Below, in pieces: positions 37,938-45,350 of a stretch of DNA of 62,720 bases; within the stretch, counting starts at the first letter, position 1; each line of letters opens with the position of its first letter. The notes beneath the pieces are model-generated. The model did no database searches. It was not told the origin of the DNA and saw only the letters and a program-made list of their open reading frames with translations. The translations under genes were made by a program, and so were the position numbers. This stretch comes from Patescibacteria group bacterium (GTDB taxonomy: Bacteria > Patescibacteriota > Patescibacteriia > Patescibacteriales > UBA12465). The stretch lies in contig JBBACQ010000006.1 of the NCBI GenBank assembly GCA_041656935.1, positions 1 through 62,720 on the forward strand. Reading direction: 5' to 3'.

Positions 37938-39254
37938 TTAAACTGATTTAAGACGAAAAAAATCTCGTCTGACCTTTCTAAAAAACAAAGAAAAAATAGG
38001 AACCAAAGAATAAGAAAAGACCGTAACTACTATCGCTCCAGTTATTCCCCAAATTGGGATTAATAAAATATTTAACACTATATTTATCACAGCCCCCATT
38101 AGAGTTATATAAAAATAAATTTTAAAATAACCTTCAGCTACTAAATACTGCCCAACTAAAAATCTTAAAGAAACTCCTAGCAACGACCAAACTCCAATAC
38201 CTAATATAATTGAAGAGCTCAAATACTCTGTACCAAAAAGAAAATTAATTATATATTTAGAGAAAATAGATATAGGCAATATTACAATTAAGGATAAAAT
38301 TATTAAAAAAATCATCAATTTTTTTAATCTTGATCTATAAACCTTTAAATCAACCTTCCGAGCATTCAAAACCGCTGGAAAAAGCGATAAACATATAATA
38401 CTAGGTATAAAATAAAAAAGATCTAATATCCTAACTGGAGCCGAGTATAAACCAACCGCCACCTCATTTATCATCTCCTTAATCATAACCTGATCTATTT
38501 TCATATAAATAAAAACTGAAAAACTAGTAAACATTAAAGGCCAGGAATCCGAAAACATTTTTTTTGCTAAAGACAAATCAAATTTCCAAAATTTAATTTT
38601 AAAACCAGTTCGATGATAGAAAAAAAGAAGAAATATGCCTGACCAAACATAATCTAAAACATAAACTAACATTAACCAAATAATTCCAGCTCCGGAGAAT
38701 ATTATTACAATCTTTAAAACTGAAGAAATAGAAGAAGCAATAACTTGGGCTATAACTCCCTTCTTAGCTTCAACTCTAACTTGAAAAAAAACGTCTATGA
38801 TATTAAATGATTGCAAGACAAAAGTTAAGGAACATAAAAAAACTAAACCCCTAACCAGAGGAGAACTGTCTAATAAAAAAATAGAAAAAATTGATAAAAC
38901 AATAGCCAAAGATCCTCCAATAATTTTTAAACGGAAAGAGGTTCCTAATAACTGATCTCTTTTTTCGGGAAAATTGATTAACTCTCTTTTCAAAACTCGA
39001 TCTATGCCCAAGGTAGAAACGAAGAAAAAAATTCCGGTAAAAGCTAAGGCGTAGCTTAATATTCCATAGTTTTCTGGACCTAAATATCTAATAACCCAAA
39101 CTCCAATGAAAAAAGACAAAATTAAATTAAAGGCCTGACCAAAAAACATCCAACCGGTATTACTAAAATATCTTTTGAACCCTTCATGATTCAAAATCCA
39201 GCGCCATTTCTCTGGAGTGATTTTTTCTATTTTTGAAAAAAATTTCTCTAGCAT
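37938..39254 (-). CDS. wzx: Wzx-type oligosaccharide flippase
   Basis: RYFSNTGWMF, RYLGPENYG, YMKIDQVMI, VGLYSA, NI.LN..LIP.WG..GA; ~12 TMs. Confidence 0.9.
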   Translation of the reverse strand: MLEKFFSKIEKITPEKWRWILNHEGFKRYFSNTGWMFFGQAFNLILSFFIGVWVIRYLGPENYGILSYALAFTGIFFFVSTLGIDRVLKRELINFPEKRDQLLGTSFRLKIIGGSLAIVLSIFSIFLLDSSPLVRGLVFLCSLTFVLQSFNIIDVFFQVRVEAKKGVIAQVIASSISSVLKIVIIFSGAGIIWLMLVYVLDYVWSGIFLLFFYHRTGFKIKFWKFDLSLAKKMFSDSWPLMFTSFSVFIYMKIDQVMIKEMINEVAVGLYSAPVRILDLFYFIPSIICLSLFPAVLNARKVDLKVYRSRLKKLMIFLIILSLIVILPISIFSKYIINFLFGTEYLSSSIILGIGVWSLLGVSLRFLVGQYLVAEGYFKIYFYITLMGAVINIVLNILLIPIWGITGAIVVTVFSYSLVPIFSLFFRKVRRDFFRLKSV

Positions 39255-39264
39255 TTTAAAAAAA

Positions 39265-41112
39265 TTACTTTTTATCTTTAACTATCCCCGCAACCCGATC
39301 TGAGGGGCTAATTGGCTGACCATTATCATCAACTACTTTCATTCCCCCATCAACCAAAGCGGTCTTCCACTTTATAGCTTCAGCGAACTCTTCTCGACCT
39401 TCCCATAAATAAGGGACTGGCATAATTCCATCTTTAAAGATATCGTACATACCTTGAGGAGTATATAAATCTGGATAAGCCTGTTCAATTATTTGAACTA
39501 TCTTTCTAACCTCCGATACTAAATCAGCTGTTCTTCTCTCCACTTCTTTATCTTTAGACATATCGGTCACTTCACCCTTACTTCTAGCCTGTCGGTATTC
39601 CTCTATCGCCTGTAAAGTTATTTTAATACTTTCCTCAATAATTTCTGGAGTAGCTAAACTAATTCCTTCAGAATAACTAACTACATGAACTATATCAGGG
39701 CTTAACTCATTTAAGGGATCAATATCATCCATCATAGCTGAAACACTCGCCAATTGAATTTTAGCCTTGTAGGGGTCAGGCGAGAAATAGTCTAAACCAG
39801 CTCGTGGTTGAAGAAAAGCGGAAAAATTATCATCCTCTAATTCTTTAACTAATTTTAATAGAGCTCGGCTCTTGGCTAAATCTTGGACTCCCCAGGTATA
39901 TTTAGGTGTATTTAACATATTTTGAATAACAAAATATTTTACTCCTAATTTCTTAGCTGTTTTAGCAGCCAAAAGACCTGATAGAACATAGGAATAATCA
40001 TCAGCTCCTCTAAAGGCAAAATGATGTGGGATATTAGGTTCGAAGGGCTTATTGTGATCGGCAATTATTTTAAGAGTCTCGAAGTGTTCATCTAAATTGT
40101 ATCTGACAGTATGAGGTCCCCGACCATCAATTTGGCAAAACCACCAAAAAGAAAGAGCGTGCCAAGCCATATTAATTGTTTTTTCATATAACTCAGCTAA
40201 TTGGGGAACATTTTTAGTACCAGCATAGGTACGAACCAACATCGGTCGAGAAGCTTCATAAATGTTTATTAAATCCTGTTCGGAATTAATCGGAACTCCT
40301 CCACCATTGGGCTTGTCTTTCCAATCTAGACCAAAATCTGATTGAGATAATTGACTGGAACCAATAGAAAGAATATCTAACCAGCCATCCTGAGCTAATA
40401 TTTTTATCCACTCCTGAAAATCGCGTAAGGCCTTAGCATAATCCTTGTCATAAGGACCAACATGAACTCTAATCAGAGGCAGTTGCTTGTTTTTTCTGAC
40501 ATAGCTAATTCTTTTGGCGATACTATCACTTTTAGTGCCGAAATCTTCATAACCACTTCTATCGATTGGTTTTCTATTTAGATATTCGCCACTATCAATG
40601 ATTTTTTTAGCAAAAATTAATCTTTCCTCGTCATAGGCCGATACCTCCTTGATATTTTTGGGAATTAAATCTTTTGGTATCTCAATTTTTTCCAAGGATT
40701 CAACTGAATTTTCATCTCCCCAAAAAACCAATACTTGATCGCCATAATCTTTTTTAATTTTTTTACCAGCTTCTGGTAAACCAGCAAAGTACAAACTTTT
40801 AATCTGGTTTCCCAATAACTCGTGTTTCTTTAAAAAAGAAAATAATTGGTCAAACTTAGTCTTAGCATCACCGGGATCAAGACGATAACTAAAACCTAAT
40901 CTAGTTATCTTATTATCAAGAAGCCATTTTTTTAAAACAGAGAAATTTTCTTCAGTGGGTTGGTCAAGGAATTTAACTATTTTAGAACTAGCCATCAAGG
41001 CTTCAAAACCACAATCGGTTATTAGTTTACTGATGTTTAATATTCCTAAGACATGAGCATCTAAACTGGGTTTAACAAAGCCGAAAACGTCATTTTTAGT
41101 GATTTTCTCCAT
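39265..41112 (-). CDS. Cobalamin-dependent mutase-like protein: N-terminal B12-binding domain fused to a glutamate-mutase-E-like TIM barrel
   Basis: D-A-H-V-L-G (DxHxxG base-off/His-on motif), LGFSY, YFAG. Barrel motifs NGGGVPIN, LVRTYAGT, LGVKYF, VQDLA, SYSE...AT parallel recalled GlmE segments. Confidence 0.7.
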   Translation of the reverse strand: MEKITKNDVFGFVKPSLDAHVLGILNISKLITDCGFEALMASSKIVKFLDQPTEENFSVLKKWLLDNKITRLGFSYRLDPGDAKTKFDQLFSFLKKHELLGNQIKSLYFAGLPEAGKKIKKDYGDQVLVFWGDENSVESLEKIEIPKDLIPKNIKEVSAYDEERLIFAKKIIDSGEYLNRKPIDRSGYEDFGTKSDSIAKRISYVRKNKQLPLIRVHVGPYDKDYAKALRDFQEWIKILAQDGWLDILSIGSSQLSQSDFGLDWKDKPNGGGVPINSEQDLINIYEASRPMLVRTYAGTKNVPQLAELYEKTINMAWHALSFWWFCQIDGRGPHTVRYNLDEHFETLKIIADHNKPFEPNIPHHFAFRGADDYSYVLSGLLAAKTAKKLGVKYFVIQNMLNTPKYTWGVQDLAKSRALLKLVKELEDDNFSAFLQPRAGLDYFSPDPYKAKIQLASVSAMMDDIDPLNELSPDIVHVVSYSEGISLATPEIIEESIKITLQAIEEYRQARSKGEVTDMSKDKEVERRTADLVSEVRKIVQIIEQAYPDLYTPQGMYDIFKDGIMPVPYLWEGREEFAEAIKWKTALVDGGMKVVDDNGQPISPSDRVAGIVKDKK

Positions 41113-41130
41113 ATTTTTATCATATTAATC

Positions 41131-42204
41131 TTACAAAAGTTTAATTATATCTTGAACATCTAAACCAGCTAACCCCATGTTTTCCAAAGTACGACCCTTC
41201 TCTCGGAAGTTCAAACCTAATAGGTTCTCAGAAAAAACTAGTATCGCCTCCATTATGGGTAGTTTCAAACCAGCTATCCTGCCGAGCTCTAGTAGGGGCA
41301 AAATCCCGGCCGGAATGTCTTCTGTAAAAAATCTGGAATTGATAGAGGCTGGTGATTGTAATTTAAAATAGGCCGGATTATTATTAACTCTAGATAATAA
41401 ATCTTCTCCTAAAACTCCATCGTAGGCAAAAGAAACCCAATCTTTTACTGGCTGTAATTTTAGACCATAAGCCTCGCCAATTAATAATCTTTCTTCATCT
41501 AGTTTTTCAATAAAACTAGCTACCTGGGGGGTCATATTATTATAAAAACAAAATTTATCACCACGTTCAATAAGTGAAGCGTTAAACAAAGCTAAAGCGG
41601 GATGAAGAATAGCCCCCATATTTTCTAAGGAAGTGACTAAAACGTTATCGACTGGAACAAAACAACCATATAAATCTCTAATCTTATCTATAATCACAGT
41701 TAAATCCTTAGTTGGCAAAGAAGCACAAAAAACTCTATCTTTGATTCCAAAAATTTCTACTACTCCGGGAATTTGTTGACGACAAGCATAAACCAAAGTT
41801 TGAGCTTCTACTACATAGACCTTTTTATCCAAACCATAATCATTGAATTTCTTTCTGACCTCAAAGGCCCCACCAGTTCGACCAGAGTTTAATATTATTA
41901 TTTGTCCTTCTTCTAAAAATGGTGCTAATCTTTCAGCTATTTCTCCATTGGCATCGGCCGTTGTTGTAATCATTATAATTTCAGCTCCGGCTACTACCTT
42001 GGACAAATCATCAGAAACGAAACTAACCAAACCAAAGGTTTCTATTTCTCCTTTAAGATAAACCCCACCATTTTTGATAATATTAGAAATCTTACCAAGC
42101 GAACGATTGTATAAACTAATTTGATGACCCCGCATAGCGAGATAACCAGCCATGGCCTGACCGCCGTTTCCAGCTCCAATTATAGCTACTTTGTATTTTT
42201 TCAT
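41131..42204 (-). CDS. NAD/NADP-dependent opine (octopine/nopaline) dehydrogenase family
   Basis: IIGAGNGGQAMAG, LYNRS, LN.GRTGGA, EAQTL.YACR, SL.N.GA.LHP, LD.ERL, RFFTEDIP.G. Confidence 0.9.
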   Translation of the reverse strand: MKKYKVAIIGAGNGGQAMAGYLAMRGHQISLYNRSLGKISNIIKNGGVYLKGEIETFGLVSFVSDDLSKVVAGAEIIMITTTADANGEIAERLAPFLEEGQIIILNSGRTGGAFEVRKKFNDYGLDKKVYVVEAQTLVYACRQQIPGVVEIFGIKDRVFCASLPTKDLTVIIDKIRDLYGCFVPVDNVLVTSLENMGAILHPALALFNASLIERGDKFCFYNNMTPQVASFIEKLDEERLLIGEAYGLKLQPVKDWVSFAYDGVLGEDLLSRVNNNPAYFKLQSPASINSRFFTEDIPAGILPLLELGRIAGLKLPIMEAILVFSENLLGLNFREKGRTLENMGLAGLDVQDIIKLL

Positions 42205-42213
42205 ATTATAATT

Positions 42214-42999
42214 TTATTTCTTAGAAAACGATAATAACACATTTCCATTGCCTTTATTATTAGATTTTATTGGGAAAAAGTCAAAAAACAAAAACACCGA
42301 ACTTAATAATCTAAAAAAGGAAGATTTATTAGCATTTATTCTTTTTTCATAATCTGTTTCCCCGGGATAAAAATTATATAATCGTTCAGCTATATGTTTT
42401 TGAAAAAAGTTATGTATTCTAAATGACAATAATATTTTAGAATCAACTTTTAAACCAGCTCTTTTTCCAATTTCAATATATTCATCTATTGTTCTTTTAT
42501 AAAAAGTTGCTCCCTTATAGCTACAAGAAGCTACCTGTTCAAAAATAATAAAATTACCTCCATCTAACAATTGTTCCTTAATTTTAGAAAAAATAAATAT
42601 AACTTCTTCATCGGCAATATGAGAAAAAACAAGATAAGAATACACTAAATCAGTTTCCTTTAAAATAGCAAAATTATTTTTATCAAAAATAAAGAAATCA
42701 CATTCGGGATTTAACTTTCTCGCTCTTTCTATCATGGATGTAGATATATCAACCCCAAAAAAATTAATCTTTTCTAAAAAATTTAATTTGTTTTTATAAT
42801 ATTTTATATACCAGCCATCACCACAACCAAAGTCACAGATTTTTTTAAAACTCTCTTTAAAATAAGGTAAAGTGAGAGAAAGTAATGTCTTTCTTCTTTT
42901 CACATAAAAAGGAACGGGTGTTATAGTATAAAAAGATTCTCCCCTATAATCAAATGCTTTTAGTCCTCTTTTTTCCCAATATAAGATCTCTTTATCCAT
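42214..42999 (-). CDS. Class I SAM-dependent methyltransferase
   Basis: DFGCGDG motif I, GVDIS..MI..A, LVFSHI, L..GG.F.IFE. Likely start MDKEILYW at 42999. Confidence 0.85.
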   Translation of the reverse strand: MDKEILYWEKRGLKAFDYRGESFYTITPVPFYVKRRKTLLSLTLPYFKESFKKICDFGCGDGWYIKYYKNKLNFLEKINFFGVDISTSMIERARKLNPECDFFIFDKNNFAILKETDLVYSYLVFSHIADEEVIFIFSKIKEQLLDGGNFIIFEQVASCSYKGATFYKRTIDEYIEIGKRAGLKVDSKILLSFRIHNFFQKHIAERLYNFYPGETDYEKRINANKSSFFRLLSSVFLFFDFFPIKSNNKGNGNVLLSFSKK

Positions 43000-44215
43000 A
43001 TAATCTATGCAACATGATATCTTTTTTATCATTGTTTAAAATTTTTAAATTTTTATCAGCTTTTCTTATTTTTTCTTTTAACTCTTTTTTATCTTTTGCT
43101 ACGACCATAAACCCAGCTGGTCGGTCACTACTAGCGGTATTACTAGTGATAACGCTCCCCTTGGTTTTATAAAAAAATAGTTGGTCAATTGTTCTATCTT
43201 TTAATAATTCTTTATAGCCAACTATATCTCGAAAAACACCGGGTTTGGTATAGATATAATTCATAGCCACATAATTATTGCTGGGTTTAATTTTAAAATT
43301 TAGTTTTTCCTTTAACACAACTTTTATTAAATAATCAACGACGTCAACTCCGGCCATTTTTTTTATATAATAATATTTAGAACCACCACCAACTCTGGCG
43401 CTAAACTCAATTATCGAAACTTCGTTGTTTTTAGCTATTAACTGAACTAGAAGCGGAACATTTTTTAAATCAAAAGCCTGAGCTATCTTACGAACATTTT
43501 TTTTAATTTCAGAAATTAATAGATTATTAGCTTGATAAGAAACTGAATGAACAATAGTAAAATTATTTTTTTCTTTTTTATTTTTCTTATTTTCAGAAAT
43601 TGCTAAAATTATAGGCTCTTGCCCTTGCAAAATTATATCAACTGACAATTCTCGTCCCTCCTTAAATTCTTCGATAACAACTTTTTTACTTCTACTAATT
43701 TTAATTGCTTCATCAAAGAACCTCTTTAATTGACCGAAATCTTTAGCTTTTCTAACCCCCTTAGAGCTATTAAGATCAGCTGGTTTAACAACTACTGGAT
43801 AAGTTAATTCAGCCAGTTCTTTGTTTTTAATTAATTTCTCTTTTAGGAAGATACATTTAGAGGTCGAAACTTTATTTTCTATAAATTTTTTCTTCATCAA
43901 AACCTTGTCAGTAATAGCTAGTGCTTTTTCGTAAGACAAGTAATTAGGTAATTTCATTTTTTCACTTACATAACTAACCACTGGCAAGGCCTGATCAATA
44001 CAAACAGAAATTATTAAATTAATTTTATTTTTTTTACTAATTTCTAAAACTTTGTCTTTATTATAAATATCTTCTCTTAAAAAAACATCAGCATATTTTT
44101 TTGCTGGAGGATTTTCTAAATAATCAATTAAAATAGTTTTAAAACCTCTAGACTTTAATCTTTTTAATAAATAAATATGATCATTTGTTCCTCCTAAAAC
44201 TACAACTTTTTTCAT
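42992..44215 (-). CDS. ATP-grasp ligase, paralog A
   Basis: VVLGGT..H, DK.LMK, YPVVVKP.D.NSSKGV, VIEEF.EG.E.S, IIEFSARVGGG. Confidence 0.88.
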   Translation of the reverse strand: MKKVVVLGGTNDHIYLLKRLKSRGFKTILIDYLENPPAKKYADVFLREDIYNKDKVLEISKKNKINLIISVCIDQALPVVSYVSEKMKLPNYLSYEKALAITDKVLMKKKFIENKVSTSKCIFLKEKLIKNKELAELTYPVVVKPADLNSSKGVRKAKDFGQLKRFFDEAIKISRSKKVVIEEFKEGRELSVDIILQGQEPIILAISENKKNKKEKNNFTIVHSVSYQANNLLISEIKKNVRKIAQAFDLKNVPLLVQLIAKNNEVSIIEFSARVGGGSKYYYIKKMAGVDVVDYLIKVVLKEKLNFKIKPSNNYVAMNYIYTKPGVFRDIVGYKELLKDRTIDQLFFYKTKGSVITSNTASSDRPAGFMVVAKDKKELKEKIRKADKNLKILNNDKKDIMLHRLYG

Positions 44216-44234
44216 AAAATAAAATTAAACCAGA

Positions 44235-44351
44235 TTAACAACCACAATCACAATTGCTATCCTCTTCCGATTCGCAATCACACTCTGGATCACAACAGCA
44301 ATCAGGCTGGCAAGAACAATCTGATTTTTTTAAATCTTTTTCGTTTTCCAT
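44235..44351 (-). CDS. Unannotated 38-aa Cys/Asp/Glu-rich peptide (metallothionein-like)
   Basis: Hand translation from ATG 44351 to TAA 44235: MENEKDLKKSDCSCQPDCCCDPECDCESEEDSNCDCGC; 10 Cys, 13 D/E; below the ORF-track size cutoff. Confidence 0.75.
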   Translation of the reverse strand: MENEKDLKKSDCSCQPDCCCDPECDCESEEDSNCDCGC

Positions 44352-44420
44352 ATAATTTTGATCATCTAATAATAATTTATTTAAACAAATTAATCGAAAG
44401 ATGATTGTTATTAATTATTT

Positions 44421-45251
44421 TTATTTTAATTCTTTTTTCTTGCCTGGTAAAAATTTATTGCCAGAAATAACAGAACGCCCAGTTTGTTTCTCTAATTCTT
44501 TTCTAGCCTTTCCGGCAACACCACCACCCTTTTTAGCAACCTCCCTATTTTTGTTAAAAGTAACTGGTTTTTCTTTTTTGGAAATTTCTGTAGTTGAAGC
44601 TTCAGCTAACATATTTAAAACCAATTCCAAATTAGTCATATTATCACGTAAATTTTCTTTCTTTATACCTTTCACTTTTTTATATTCTTTTATTTTTATT
44701 CCTGCCCAAGCAAAAGTAATATCATCAGTTAAAATAGCAAACTTATCTGGAGTTTTTACGCCTCTTTTATCCCATTCATTAGTCAAATCTTTTCTAATTT
44801 CAATACTTTTCAACCTTAAATCAACCCAGTCCTTTGAATAGCCCTTCCTTAAGTAGGTAGCCATCGCTCTTTGAATGGCTTTCTCGGGATCTTCAACCTC
44901 CTCTACTCTTTCATAGCCGACTCTAGCTAACCAAAGCTTAAATGGCTCAGCTTTAGGAGACGGAATTGACTGAATAATACGAAAAATTGTTTCTGTATCG
45001 GCAACATCCGTTTCACGCATCTTATTATCCTCCGCCAACATTTTCAACTGTCCGATTTTTTCGGACACTTCGCTCCCTTCTTGTTTAATCTTTCTTTTTA
45101 AATCATCCCAATATTTACGAGGACGATTGTTTTGAGATAAAATTTTAACAATGTCAACTATTGAAAAATACCATTTTTCTCTTTTTTCATCCCAAACTCT
45201 TCGGATTTCTTGTCCGGAAAAAATTGCTAAATCTTTTTCTTTTTTGGTCAT
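44421..45251 (-). CDS. Bro-N domain protein (phage antirepressor-like)
   Basis: IRRVWD...EKWYFSIVD.V..L, PRKYW.DLK, QLKM.A.D.K.R.TD, IQSIPSPKAEPFKLWLA.VG.ER. Confidence 0.88.
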   Translation of the reverse strand: MTKKEKDLAIFSGQEIRRVWDEKREKWYFSIVDIVKILSQNNRPRKYWDDLKRKIKQEGSEVSEKIGQLKMLAEDNKMRETDVADTETIFRIIQSIPSPKAEPFKLWLARVGYERVEEVEDPEKAIQRAMATYLRKGYSKDWVDLRLKSIEIRKDLTNEWDKRGVKTPDKFAILTDDITFAWAGIKIKEYKKVKGIKKENLRDNMTNLELVLNMLAEASTTEISKKEKPVTFNKNREVAKKGGGVAGKARKELEKQTGRSVISGNKFLPGKKKELK

Positions 45252-45350
45252 AATTTTTATATTAATTATTATGACTTAATTACATCAAAAAGTAGATGAA
45301 TTTAAAATAAACTTTTAAAGTGCAAAATAATTTTACAACTTTAGGCCATT

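Noticed and set aside
41131-43032. Staphylopine/pseudopaline-type metallophore operon (SAM enzyme next to opine DH)
   Set aside because: The SAM protein has an ordinary DFGCGDG methyltransferase motif rather than a nicotianamine-synthase-like signature; there is no racemase, exporter or metal ABC importer; the context is a glycan operon.
19655-44215. Homopolymer A/T runs in glycosyltransferase genes as phase-variation switches
   Set aside because: Runs of 7-9 A/T are common throughout this very AT-rich window, all ORFs are intact, and no long G/C tracts were seen.
44401-44841. 146-aa plus-strand ORF
   Set aside because: Antisense shadow of the well-supported Bro-N gene; no recognizable motif.
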